From Cenococcum geophilum (lineage: Eukaryota): DNA of 64,000 nucleotides. Positions within the stretch are counted from its first letter, which is position 1. Each line of letters begins with the position of its first letter. Shown here piece by piece: positions 23,801-37,000 of the stretch. Location of the stretch: assembly GCA_050273025.1 (NCBI GenBank), contig CP158635.1, positions 9,548,001 through 9,612,000 on the forward strand, read 5' to 3'. The position numbers and the translations under genes are program-made. Below the pieces are notes generated by a model. That model did no database searches. It was not told the origin of the DNA and was given only the letters and a program-made list of their open reading frames with translations.

Positions 23801-26153
23801 TAGATGCTTTAGAGAAAGCCCTATAAGTTTAGCTTCTTAAGGGCGAGGCGCTAGTGTTCTGCTAGTGGATAGCTAGCGTTATTAATTTGGATGCGGATTG
23901 GTATATAGTCTCTTATAAGGGCCTATTCCTTAACTATACTATAAAAGTTAACTTTTCTGTATAGATCTAGTGATATAAACATAAGGTCTATTATACTCTC
24001 CTATTACCCTCTTTTCTATATAGGCTCTCCTTTTGGTATGGCGAGTACTAGGCCTTTAGTATTAGTTTCGGCTAGAAGGCGTTCCGCCTGCTCTTCGCTA
24101 GCTATATGCTTTCCGCCCTATATTAGATAGTAGGTGTTAAAGTTACCTAAGAGTATAATTTCTCTCTTGGCTTCCTTAATAGCTATTTTAACCTTAGGCC
24201 ATACCCTAATCTAAGGGCCATTTTCGCGTGGGTTGTAGATATTAATAATTGTAGCCTTTAGCCCCTTTAGGCGTACCTAAAGGGCTATAGTAAAGGGGCT
24301 GTACTATCTACGCTTCTAATACGCGGCGTTAATATTCCGGCTAATTATAAAGTAGACCTTTATTGTAGGGAAAGCGTTATATATAAGTATAAATCCCCTA
24401 GGGTAGTATATTAATTTGGTGTATCTATTATATACCGGCTCCTAGATTATAAGGACCTAGTAGTCCGCCAGCGTAGCGCTGTTAAAGAAGGGGCAATATG
24501 CCCCTTGGTTTGCATTTCCGTAGTTATACTAGATAATTATATACTTACTTATTTAAAGTAGGTGTGGGCTTATCCATGTCTATGTCCTATTTCTTATCAT
24601 TTTCGCTATTAACTATTATTTCTCTATTAGCGTAAAGCCGGAGCCTTAATTATAATCTATCTTTACTTGCTATTTTAATAAAAGATAGTTTGCCTAGTCC
24701 CCGTTTAAGTGGTTATTCTTAGGTCCCTAGGTAAGACATTTCCCGTCCTCTTTTCTTATTAGTGCTGATTATGAGGTTTCCTAATATTAAGGGTTGGTAT
24801 ATTATTTCTGCGGCTTTTTATATACGGAGCGACTGCGTTAAGAGGGCTATTCTCTTTATTTGGATACCTTTAAGGTAGCTTTAAAAGGTCCTACACTCTT
24901 TTTTTTACTATACTTTATAGGCTTTACCGCAGTTAATATAGAATACCCTTTTCTTAGGGCAATCTGTGGTATTATATAGTCCTATATATTACCTATATTT
25001 TATTTGCTTTCCATATACGCTTTATATATGCCCCTATTAATTATAGCGGTAGTATTACTTTATAATTACGCTATTCTTAAATAGCCTAGTCTTAAAAAGC
25101 TAGAATTTAATAACTATCCTACTTTTTACAATTTTTTGCTAAATTACTTAGGTTAGGATGTTAATTATAATTATTCCTCTAGTCTTCTTAGGTTCTCTCT
25201 AGGTGCTACTGGAGTTTACCTGGCGTTTTACCTACGCTTTGGGGTTGTATAGCTATTGGATCCGGCTAATAGCTATTTTAGGCATAAGGCGCTTTATAGC
25301 TTTATAAATAGATTAAGTTAATTCCAAATTATCTATATTCCTTTTATTATTAATTAAAGTCTTAAGCGGGACTCCTAGTACTTCTAGGAGGTAATCTTTC
25401 CTTAGTATTCTAAGTCCTGGCGTATCTAGCCCGCTTAAGATTTAGTTCTTTATTATTTAGGAGGGGATATAGATATCTATATCCCTACTGTTAAGGGTGC
25501 GTACAGCGTATACGCTTAGTATTATTCTCTAAATAGTCTTAAGAAGCTCCCCTAGTTCGTGGCCCTGGGGCTCCTTAAGCTAGACGCGTATACTTGCTCT
25601 TTATGGTGCCGCAACTGCATTTACTATATAGGCCGCCTATGCAGCGACGGCTGCCTAGGTTTAGACCTGTATTAGGGAAACTCCTAGGCCTAGGGGTCCT
25701 CCTTTACGCGTTTCTTTTTGGATTTTCTTAATACTAGCTTTAATTCGGTTAAGCTAGGCCTTAGTCTTTTATTCTTAGGTTATTTAGGGGACTAGACGCG
25801 TTAAGAGGGCTTTAATATACTATATTGCCTTTTAAATAGAGGCAAGTATCTAGTGCCGTAAAGTTTCTTTCTTTTTTTTTATAAGATTGTCTTTAATTTA
25901 TTTAAGTGTTTCCTTTAGTTTTTGCTATTGCTAGCAGCTGTCCTTTTCGCGTTGTTGCCTACCTGGTTTATGGTTTGGTTCCCGCGCGTCGCGACTCTTA
26001 CGACTCTAGCGGGAAGCCTGCGCCCCTCCGTCGTCCCCCATGCTCTAGATGGGGGCGACGTGGTTTTATGGGGTTTCTCGGTGTGGGAAATAGGATTCCG
26101 ATATCGGGTTGCTTTATTAAGTAGTTTTGGGCTAGTTTCGCTGCTGTTGCGGC
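20899..26153 (-). mobile_element. Full-length Tad1-type LINE (ORF1 with zinc knuckles ~26030-24550; ORF2 APE endonuclease + RT + CCHC ~24545-21100)
   Basis: The 14-bp TSD TAGACAGTTAAATA lies at 20885-20898 and 26154-26167, and the sibling element has the empty site at about 48763-48777. EN motifs IIQYNYGNAN and LGNFN are present. The RT fragment is ORF 22930..23286 (LGSYRLITLKNTLAKVLEK). There is a (TAT)n tail. Confidence 0.95.
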
Positions 26154-26885
26154 TAGACAGTTAAATAGCATTACTAGAAAGGATTAATATCCTTTACCCT
26201 TAATTAGTAAAATCTAAGACAAAATAGGTAATATGTAAATCTTTATAAAAATAGATCTAAGATAGGTATACTATTAGATTAGGATTAAGAAAGGCAATAA
26301 ATAAAAGGCAGCCTTTAGGTTAAAGGAAGGACTATATAAACCATTAGTTATATAATTTAGGCTTATAAACATACTAGTAATATTCTAAAAGCGAATTAAT
26401 AGTATATTAGGAGAACACCTTAATAAATCTTTATAATTACCTTAAAGAAACAGCTAAACTAGTATAAGAAAGAATAAAAAGGTACTATAATACTAGGAGG
26501 TCTAAGGGACCAGATCTTAAGAAGGGAGATAAAGTATAGCTACTATATAAAAATTTTAAGAGTTAACAACTAAGTAAGAAATTAGACCACGTTAGACTAG
26601 GACCATTTATTATTAAAGTAAAAATCTTAGAAGTTATATATAGACTTAACTTATTAAAGAAAATAAAGATCTACCCTATATAGCATATTATAATATTAGA
26701 ACTAGCATACAGAAATATTAAACCACTAGTCTATAAGGCAGATATATATAGAGGATAAGAAGAAGACAAATAGGAAGTTTTAAAGATTATTAGTTATAAG
26801 GACATTAATAACAAAATATAGTATAAGGTTAAGTAAATAGGCTATAATAAGACTACCTAGGGGTCACTAAATAATCTAAAGAACG

Positions 26886-27537
26886 CTATAGGAAAGGTAT
26901 AGGAGTATTAGAAGAGGATAGGTTAAGTAGTATTAATAAAAAAGGATTACTAAAGAATAAGTCACCTAAGGGGGACCCAAGAGGAGCAGCTTCTATGGTA
27001 TTTAGAGTTATTTCCCTCTCCGTTAAAAAAGAATCCGTTTTTTTATTGCTAAGTTTTTATAAACCTTATTCCACTAGTTTCTACTCCTTAGAATATACCT
27101 TTTTACAAACCTTTTTAAGACAAAGTAGCTGGGCAGATGCCGCAATCTAAGTATTTAAGGCCTTTTGCTTAGCGTTATAAGAACGCTTAAGTTTAGCAAG
27201 AGCCTATACTAGGTTACTATTAAGTTTCGCAGCGGTAGATTAAACACAAGACCCTATAATAAATTACTTAGGGAACTTAAAGACTATTAAGAGTAATAGG
27301 ACACGTATACTTAGCATTAGAAGAAGAGCGAACATTATAGGATAATTAAATATTCGCTTTAATGCACTCTAAATAGGAAGAGGGTTGCTAAGATAAAGGA
27401 CTTGCTAATATAATATAAACTAGCCCCTTTTTCACACAACAAGAATATAGAGATGGTATTATTTTACTAAGAGATAGTATTGCAGTAATAGTTTAAGCGC
27501 GACGTTGTGCTTACAAGGAAGAATATACTTTAGGTAT
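26886..27537 (-). pseudogene. Antisense accessory gene of Gypsy copy 1: Zn(II)2Cys6-like domain + coiled coil, putative 55-nt intron at 27254-27308 (RIP-inactivated)
   Basis: The minus frame reads YSCCVKKGLVYIILASPLS*QPSSYLECIKANI*LSY. With TAT read as TGT this gives C-x2-C-x6-C-x13-C-x2-C-x8-C at 27337-27447. It is conserved in frame in copy 2. Confidence 0.7.
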
Positions 27538-29260
27538 AATAAGTAAAAATATTAACTAAGTTAATTAGACAGATATTATACCTTTAGTAAACAACTTAGA
27601 GATATTAAAAATCTTTAAGGACAAAGATAAAGAGGAGGGAAATAGTATTATAGACGCTTTAAGTAAAGGGCTATAACTACTTAGAGAGGAGTTAGAGGGA
27701 GCTAGTTAGTTAATTAAGGCATAGTCTAAAATGGAACCTATAAAACTATATAATAAAGAATAGTAAGCGAGTTATATAATGTTGTACGCAGTATACGCAA
27801 GATACGGATTATATATATATATAATATGTATAATACGTACTTTATATATAAGAAGAGTTTCTTAGGAGTACGGATATATATTTAAGGACTTATAGTCCCT
27901 ACCTAGATAGTTCCTTTCCTTATAGTAAATCTTAGAATACAATTAGAGTTAATCTATTAGGTAACTACTCTACTAGTTATTATTAGTCGTTGTTAACTTA
28001 TTCAATATCTATATATCTAGCCTATTAATAAGTCCACCATAGTTCCTGCTATAAGGCTTCGTTATAGATAGCTTATAGGGCCCTATAAGATTCTAAGCAT
28101 AAAGGACACTTATATATTATTAACCTACCCCTAAATATAAAGATGTTAAACGTCTTCTACACTAATTAACTATAAAAGGACCTAGATAACCCCTAACTAG
28201 GTTAAAATAGGGAGTTAAAGGAGCTAATCCTAATTAATAGCAAATCAGAGTACGAAATTAATAAGATCCTTACTAGTAGAACCTCCTACGGAAGGCTATA
28301 GTATAAGGTTAGCTAGGTAGACTATAACCTAAACGACATCTGGTATAATACAGACGGCTTTATTAGCGTTCCCTATAAGATTAAGGCGTTCTATAATAAA
28401 AGACCCCATAACGCCAGGCCGTCTACGCGGCTATTATAATGGCTAGAGGTGTATTATAAAGGTGTAGATCTAGAGCCTACGGAGGATAATAATAAAGTAG
28501 AGAAGGATAGAAAGACAAGACGGATAAGGAGAGCCTAACTATAAGGATTAAGGGCAATCCTCCCTACTTAAAGGGGGGTAATATAACGGTTTGTCTATAT
28601 AACTACTAGGAGGCGTTGTTAGTTAAGGAATAACGTTGCTCCAACTACTAAATATGTATATACTTGTCTACTATATCCTTTCCTCAAACTCATTACCTTA
28701 GTCTATTTATAATATAGCCTCTAGAGCCCTTAACGCCTTACCCTATTAATTTGTGTATTTGTTAGCCGTAACAAATAGAAGAATTTGTTAACTTGCTTAA
28801 TAAGCCATTTTTTTTAACTCTTTAGTTAAAGCCTTTATTAAAAAAAAGGAATAAAGAATTAATTAAAAGAAAAGTTGTAATAGCTTACCCTATAAGTTTA
28901 AGTCTTTGCCTAAAAACTTTATTATTACTATTATTTAATTAGGCCACTAGATATTAGAAATTAACCTACTAAATAACTCTGCTATCTTTTTTATAAACTT
29001 TATAAATATAAATTAAAGCTTTAACTAATAGGCCAATAATATTGATAAGTTATTAAGTAATTAGGATAACAAAATAGGTAATAAACTAATAGCCTTTTTA
29101 TTCACCTTTCCTTTATACTTTATACCTTAAAATCCTTACTTAAACAATTACAATACAGTTAATTTTATAACTTTACTAACCAACTATATTTAGTATACTG
29201 GCTTACCAAATCATAAAATGTATATATTTACTACCCCAATTAATAAAAATGAGCCTTATA

Positions 29261-29669
29261 ACGTAATCCACCACTAAGCCGGCCAAACCACCAAGCCGGC
29301 CACCCCCATTCCCTACCAAAAAATCGTGAAAATCGCAATACAATATCTCAATAACTACTTAATAATAATTTCCAAAAATTTATATTTAAACTTGCATATA
29401 TACTCTACTTTATTTGCTTTAATTTTAGATAAATCTATTAAATAGTTTTAAAGATATATAGTTTCTGATCGTAAATTCTACTCTAATCTTAATATCTTTA
29501 TAACTACTTAATAGATTTATCTAAAATTAAAGTAAATAAAATAGAGTATATATGCAAGCTTAAATATAAATTTTTAGAAATTATTATTGAATGGTTATTA
29601 AAATATTGTATTACAATTTTTACAATTTTTAGTGAGGAATGTGGTGGCCGGCTCGCTGGTGGATTACGT
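29261..29669. mobile_element. Foldback MITE, pogo/Fot1-like (ACGTAATCCACCA termini, TA TSD)
   Basis: Inverted arms at 29261-29457 and 29492-29669 surround a 34-bp spacer. TA lies at 29259-60 and 29670-71. Confidence 0.88.
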
Positions 29670-30190
29670 TATATATAATTAAGCAATTAATAGCTTAAAT
29701 AGTAAAAAATGGATAAAAACAATAATAAAGAAAATATAATCTTTAATTAAAAACCGGATATAGGAATTTATTAATCTTATTAACCTTAAGCCTCTTTATA
29801 AGTCTTTTATTAGTAAATAGGTATTTAAAATTAAAAAGGGAAAAGATAGTAATATCCTCTGCTATAAGGCTAGATAAGTTATTAAAAAAAATCTATAACA
29901 ATATAGTGTTAATTATAACTAGACCTTTGCTACAGTGGTAAAACCTATAGCCTTTAAAGCTCTATTTACAATTATTACCTACTAAAACCTTAAAATTAAA
30001 TAGATAAATATTAAAACTGCCTTTTTCTATAAACCAATTAATTAACAACTTTATATTATTATGCTAAAAGGTTATAAAAAAGCTGATAAAGTCAGCTGCT
30101 TTAAAAGGCCCTTTATAGACTAAAATAATTACTTTAAATTTAGTATAAAACACTTTTAAAGGTGTATAATTACAGCACCTGTTGTACTAA

Positions 30191-30262
30191 ACGCGTGCTT
30201 ACGCGTTCGGTACACCAGGTACGCGTTTACGCGTTCAGTGCACCAACCACTCGCTTACGCGT
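30191..30262. promoter_or_regulatory. Cluster of five ACGCGT (MCB-type) hexamers in Copia LTR, in ~28-bp tandem units
   Basis: ACGCGT occurs at 30191, 30201, 30221, 30229 and 30257. Four are retained in the 3' LTR (~36278-36349). Function is inferred only. Confidence 0.45.
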
Positions 30263-33200
30263 CTGGTGCACTTATAAAGCACTAACTAATTAGAGGGGAG
30301 GTGCATTAGTATATAGACCACGTAGTCTGCTTTATATAATCGACAGTCACCATCCAAACAAGTATATAATACTATATGTATTTCGTGCCCGTAGATACAA
30401 CTTACTTATGCTATTAAGTTAGTACAAACACTAATTAGTAAGCGCGCACAGATTAGCAATTACTTAATACCTCCCCCCAAGTAATACACACGACAGCGAC
30501 TACCTATTTAGACTCCTAGTACGACCTGCTAGAAGGTTAGAAGTTAGGGATTACGGACTTATCTCTAACTCTGTATACTTATTTAAGTCTTAGTATAGTT
30601 TACCGGAAGTTATAGACGCAAATATAGACCTATACAGAACCCCTATCCTTAACCCCCTTAAACCTTAAACCTCTTTAGACCTTTTATAGAAACCCCTTAC
30701 CCTTCTATAAACTATTACGGACCCATTAATCGATTTTACGGACTATTATAAGACCTCTTCACCCGTTATAAGCTGCTACTACCCGCTACGCACTATACTA
30801 TACTATAGTATAGCAGATATTAGTAAGCAAGTTAGCGAAGGTTAAAAAAAGTGGAGATAAGGAGTTGACGTTACGTCTATAAACGACGTTAACGACTATA
30901 TTAGTTTTAAAATCCTTAAATATAAACACTTTAAGCTTATAAATAACGACCTATAGGAGTAATACTAGGAAGACTTTACGGATTTTACAGAAGCTATTCT
31001 TAAGGCCTATAACCCTATTACTATCTATAAACTATAAACCCTTTTACGTAACTAAGGTATATAGGTTAAAAGGAATAAACAAGTCACTATTATATAGTCC
31101 TTATATAATATAATATATAAGAAGGACCAAACGGAATAGACTAAAGAGGAAATCCTAGACCAGTTCTAAGAAATTAAGGAACTCTTTACTTCTTCTAAAC
31201 TTAATATAATTGCTAGCCTTATACCTAACCTACTTAACTAAATTCGTCCTATAAACTTAAGCGGCTTTAGACTTAACCTTATTGGCTAAAATATACCCTA
31301 CTCTTAAGTTATGGATTATAATACCCCTATAAACTAAAATACGGACCAAATTACCCCCGCTATTTAAGTCACAGATTCGCAAGCTATATATTCGCAAACT
31401 ATAGATCTGTAAGTTATAGATCCATAACCTACCTAAGTAAAGACCTATAGTAAGGAGCTAGCTAACCTAGCTAAGCTCTATACCGACGAATCTAAGTATA
31501 GCGGTGAAAATAATAATTTTAACTTTAAACTAACTATCTTTACGGACCTCTACTAGAAGGCTAATATTCCTAAATAAGAGTTTAGCTAAGCCTACTCTAC
31601 TATACTACGCGGCCTAGCACTTAACCACTACTATACTAACCTTAAGAGTAACCCCCTTGGTGTCCCCTTTAATAAGCTATATAAAGCTACCTATAACTAC
31701 TTTAAAAGACCGGAATATAGGCGTAATATCCTTACCTAATAGAATGCGACTAAGCTACGGACCGTAATTAATAAGAATATTAAAAAATCGACTACAGAGT
31801 GTCTGCAAATCCTTATTAAAGACCTCCGGCACCTATAGCACGGCCTTAACGCCAAGCTTTAAATAAATAACTTCCTATATAATAAACTTATTATAGCTTA
31901 CTAGGAAGTAGAGCCCTATAAGTACGCCTATTATAAGCCTATAGATACTTTAGCTGGCCTTATTAATGACCTACGCTCCTCTATTATAACGTATAAAGTC
32001 TTAAACCTACTAGGTAGCACTTAAGCCTTCGCCATAGATATTTAATATCCGCAGATAGACTTAGACGTCCACTTTACGGACCGCCGTTACCGCTAGCAGC
32101 ACCTATACTAACTAAGTCCCACCTATAACCCCCACAGCAACTCCTATATAAAAGTATACCCCCACAGATAAACAAGCTAGAAATACTTCGTGTATAGTAA
32201 GGAAGGATGTTAGTCTATAAGGCATACCTAAGAAGAATATAATAGGTCTAAGAAGAGATTTAATAAACGGATTAGCTAGTTTATCTTAGAATACAAAGAA
32301 GAGGAAGAAGAGGAGCCCCCTAATAAGTTAATAGAAGCCCTTATAATTAACTTTAACCTAAATAACTAGAAATAGGAGACCCTAGAGATGTTCCTAATTA
32401 CTTTTAGACCTTTTACGGACAGCTAAGTCTTTAATATTACGACCGTATTAGCCGACCGTTCCTTTATATACTTAGTTACGCCTAAAAACGATTCTATAAG
32501 TACCCCCGTTACGGACATTATAGATTATAAATAGGACCTATTTATATATATTACTACAGAACGCTATACCCCTAAGGAATTTTATAGTGTTATAATCGAC
32601 ACAGGCGCCTCTAAAAAGTCTATTATAGGCTATAGACAATACCTCGTATATAGGACTACCGTAAATAATAATACGGATATTAATATTGTGTAAACTAGGG
32701 CCGTAAACATCTAATTCGGCATTAGCTTAACTACATTAATTAGATTAGTTGCAGTTAAGACCCTAATTAGCCTAGTTAACTTCTATATAGTAAAAGTAGA
32801 TACCCCTTTCTTACTTTGCCTTGCGAACATAGATAGGTTATAGGTTTACTATAATAATATTACGGACACCTTAATCGGCCCTATAACTGCCCTAGAAAGT
32901 AAGTATATTACCCTGCTAATTATATAACGATTTAGACACCCATTCCTTATATAGGGAGAGACTTTACGGACCTATATTTAGGAATCTTTTAACTATAACC
33001 CGTGCTACCTTACTAGTACGGAGATCTACCGTCTGTACCGCCGTTTCAGCTACCTATTAGCCGAAAAGCTATATAGAGTCCTTAAACGCTCTAGACACAA
33101 CAACGTTAATAGGAAGGCAGTTAATTACCTAACTAAATACTGCTCCTTTTACTAGAAATACGGACGTTCCCTAGGCTAATTTAAGTTTACCCTTTATAAG

Positions 33201-33994
33201 GACCTTAACTTTAACTACTTAGTATACGTAGATATTATGTATATTAACGGCAGCCTAGTATTATATATAATTAACGAGGTAACCCGCTACTAAGCCGCCT
33301 GTTAGTTATAAAATATATCCATAAAGTATACTTAGGATATTTTACGGACCTGCTAGATTAACACGTATATTAGACCTCCTAAGTATATTACCTATAACGC
33401 CGGTAGGAACTTTATTAGTAAGGAATTCTAGTAGTATACTATGGCTATAGCTATATTAACAAAAGCTGTTCTAGTTAAGGCGTATTAGTCCGTTAGGCTT
33501 ATTAAGCGAGCTTACCTAGCTCTACGGAGAGCTTATTAGATTATTATAGATAAGTATAAGGACATTTAAAAGAAACTAGCTTTATAGATAGCCGTAAAAG
33601 CTATTAATAATACCGCTAGCCCTAACGGACTAGTACCTACCCTCTTAGTTTATGGAGCCTACCTAAGGATAAGTAACCTAGGCCCCCCTACCCTATTTAT
33701 TACGGAACGAGCAGCTATAATATAGAAGGTAATAGCCGAAATAGTTAAATTACGGGCTAAATAAACTATTAATAACGCCTTATACTACCGTAACGGACCT
33801 AATATAACCTTAGTATATAACCTCCCGCTTAACTCTAAAGTCCTTATATAGCGTAAAAGCGGTAGTTAGAATGGACCTTACTGTCTACTAGCCGTAGAAA
33901 ACAAGATATACTGCGTATAGCTTCCTAGCTAGCTAACTAGCTTTAGAAGCATATCTATAAAACCCTACTTTCGGCCCAAAAATACCCATAACAT

Positions 33995-34070
33995 TAAGCT
34001 AGATAAACTAGAAGCAACCGCTAAACTAGACAAACTAGAAATAACTGCCGAATTAGATAAACTAGAGGTA
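33995..34070 (+). repeat. 27-bp in-frame tandem repeat x3 in Copia INT-RT linker
   Basis: aagctagataaactagaagcaaccgct / aaactagacaaactagaaataactgcc / gaattagataaactagag, encoding (K/E)LDKLExTA. Confidence 0.75.
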
Positions 34071-37000
34071 CCCTTATCTACCCTAGAGGTCCCCTAAAAA
34101 CCCACTAAACCTACTAAACCTACCGTAAAGCGTAGCTAAGGACGCCCCCATAAGAATCCCGTAATAGAAAACCACCTAACCTCCGTAGGCACATCCACAA
34201 AGCAATCTCCGCCTATAGATATATCAGTTCTAGTATAGGAAACCCCTTTAATAGACTTATAGCGTAAAGAGATTAACAGACTACTTAAAAAGGGTATCTT
34301 TATAATTATAATAGAGAGAGATGTTCCGTAAGGCGTCCGTATATTTAACTTACGCTTTATTAACAAAATTAAGCACCCTAGTACTAATAAAGCCTTTAAG
34401 AAATTAAGGCTTATTATATAAGCTTATAACAACTAAGGAAAGGACCTAATCCTTATATAATTGCCTATAATTTAACGGGTTAGTTAACGGATTATACTTA
34501 TACTTACGCCTAGACTATAGTAAACTAAATCTATAGCCCTTTACTTACGGGATATCTTATAAGCCTATATATAGTCTAATACCTACCTAAGTAGGGATAT
34601 CTTTATACAACCACCTTATAAGCTTAACCTATAACTAGGAACAATTTTATAGGTTATAAAACCTCTTTACAGAGTACTAGAAGCCAAAAACTATTAGTTT
34701 AAGATATACTACTAGCACTACGTTAGTAAACTTAAAATAGAATAGTTAACTTATAACCCCTACCTCCTATATAGCCCATTAAACGGCCTTAGTATTATTG
34801 GACTCCAAATAGATAATACCCTCTTCTTAGTAAACCGGACATTTACGGATGCTAAAGAGACTAAACTATAAGAAGCTAAGTTCCTAGTAAAGCTATAAAA
34901 GTAGTTAACTAAGTAGACTCCAATTAAGTTTAATAAAGGCTTAATTATATAAAAGGGTAACTTAATCTAGCTAACCTAGGAATGCTAAGCTTAAAACCTA
35001 AAGCTTATTATAGTAAAGCCTACGGACCTTACTAGTTCCTATAGAGAGACTTATAAGACCGTAAATATAAAGAACTAATACGCTATATAGCGTGCAAGAG
35101 GTGCCTATATTGCTATAGTCTGCCAACCTAAATCTACCTATAACTTATCCTTTATGGCCTAGGCAGTAGATCTATAAGAAGAAAATATTAAGTAGCTTAA
35201 TAAGCGTATTTAGTGGCAAATTAACAATGCAGTAAGGGGACTTACTTTTATACCACTAGACTTAAGTTCCTTTAGCTTACTAGTATTTATAGACGCCTCC
35301 TTTACTAATAATAAGGACCTATTATTACAAATTAGCTTTATAATTATACTTACAGACCATAATTAGGACGCAAATATACTATACTAGTCTTTAATTAAGT
35401 GTAAATAAGTAACCCGTAGTATACTAGCTTCTAAACTATATACACTAGCTTATAGATTTAATATAGCAGCCGTAATTAAATTAACGGTCCAGAAGATTTT
35501 ATAACTAAAGTAGTTACCCCTAGTTTTATACACCAATTTAAAGTCCCTTTACGACTGCCTAGTTAAACTAGGTACGACATAAGAGAAGAGGCTTATAGTC
35601 GACCTAATATACTTACGTTAGGCTTATAAACGACGTAAGATTATAAAGGTTAAATAGATTAACAGCAGAGACAATCTAGCGGACGCTATAACTAAGGCAA
35701 AGCCATATTAAGCCCTTAAAACCCTAATTAATATAAATAAGCTTAACCTAAAAGTTATAAAATAGGTAGAATGGGACTAACAGAGTACCTATAGTACGCC
35801 TACGGCCCGTTAAAAGGCCGTACGGCTTATTATACGGCCTATTCTACGGACCGTAAGCTATTAGGTAGAAAAACGGTGGAAAGCTATAATAGAACTTAGT
35901 AGACTTACGTGACCTGCTAAATTCTACTATATTCTGCCATAGTAGTTAAATTAACTAATTACGATTTTCTATGCCGGGCATAGAAAATCGCCATTAGCTT
36001 GCTTAGCACTAGCGCCTTAGCGGCCCTTAAAATCTAACTTATGGCTTATCTACTGCCCGTTAAAAGGCCGTACGGTTTATTTTACAGACTATAAGTAGGA
36101 CTTACGGCCAGCTTAAGGTACCGTTTGGAAGGCAGCCTAGACGGCACCTTAGGGGAGATTTCCTATGTATTTTCCTTTATGTTTTATAGTTTTATTAAAG
36201 CAATTACGGAGGCTATACATAGGTGGTTTCATTTTTTAAGTACTGCCAGTGTATAATTATAGCACCTGTTGTACTAAACGCGTGCTTATGCATTTGGTAC
36301 ACCAGGTACGCGTTTACGCGTTCAGTGCACTAACTACTCGCTTACGCGTCTAGTGCACTTATAAAGCACTAACTAATTAAGGGGGAGGTGCATCAGTATA
36401 TAGACCACGTAGTCTGCTTTATATAATTGACAGTCACTATCTAAACAAGCATACGATACTACATGTATTTCGTGCCCGTAGATACGACTCACTCGTGCTA
36501 TTAAGTTAGTACGAACAAAAGGTTTTATTAAAAAAGCTTAAACTTTACTATTTATATGCAGATTATAATATATTTACCACTAGTAAAGGATAACAAGGTT
36601 TAATTATATCTGCCTATATTAATAATACTAAAATTATTTATAAAAATATAGCGGTAATTAATTGGGTAAAAGCAGAGCTTAAAGCAGCCTTTTAAATAAT
36701 AAATCTTAGGCCAATAAGCTTTTATTTAGGTATTATAGTTATAAAAAATCAAATAAAGAAAAAAACTATGCTTTTACAGCAGGCTTACCTTATTAAAACT
36801 CTTAAGCGCTTTAAATTGCGAAAAGCTAATACTTTACTAACACTTATAAACACTTAATTAAACTTATAGTTAATTAAGAAACTACTAATAAGGACAATAT
36901 TAGAAGATACCAGAGTATAATTAGCTTAATTATATTTCCTATAATAAAAACAAAGCCGGATATTACCTTTACAGTATTAACTATAAGCCATTTTACTTAT

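Larger units (their letters stand above)
16847..28066 (+). mobile_element. Gypsy element with 421-bp LTRs, copy 1 (carries a nested LINE and an ~1.8-kb pol deletion)
   Basis: LTRs at 16847-17267 and 27646-28066, TSD GATAG at 16842-46 and 28067-71. It is collinear with 44522-52511. Confidence 0.95.
8751..28773 (+). mobile_element. 5'-truncated Gypsy chromovirus host in three pieces (8751-10192, 16084-16846, 28072-28773): RT, RNase H, integrase, chromodomain, 3' LTR 28582-28773
   Basis: RT (DYLDDFYTAYIDNILIY) lies at about 8887-8940, RNase H at about 9350-9720, the integrase core at 16100-16600 and the chromodomain at about 28245-28400. PPT aaggggggta precedes LTR tataacgg...ccgtaaca. The frame resumes across both nested insertions. 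Confidence 0.85.
30163..36517 (+). mobile_element. Complete Ty1/Copia element, GalEa-like (6355 bp)
   Basis: LTRs of 268 bp at 30163-30430 and 36250-36517, TSD AAAGG. Domain order is gag, PR (IIDTGAS ~32590), INT, RT (GLQIDNTL = QTDD-type ~34800), RH. The palindrome actaattagt sits at the LTR/PBS boundary. Confidence 0.92.

Noticed and set aside
25906..26164. Two overlapping GC-richer + strand ORFs that look like small hydrophobic proteins
   Set aside because: They are the reverse strand of the LINE 5' UTR/ORF1 start, use non-ATG starts, and one runs into the TSD.
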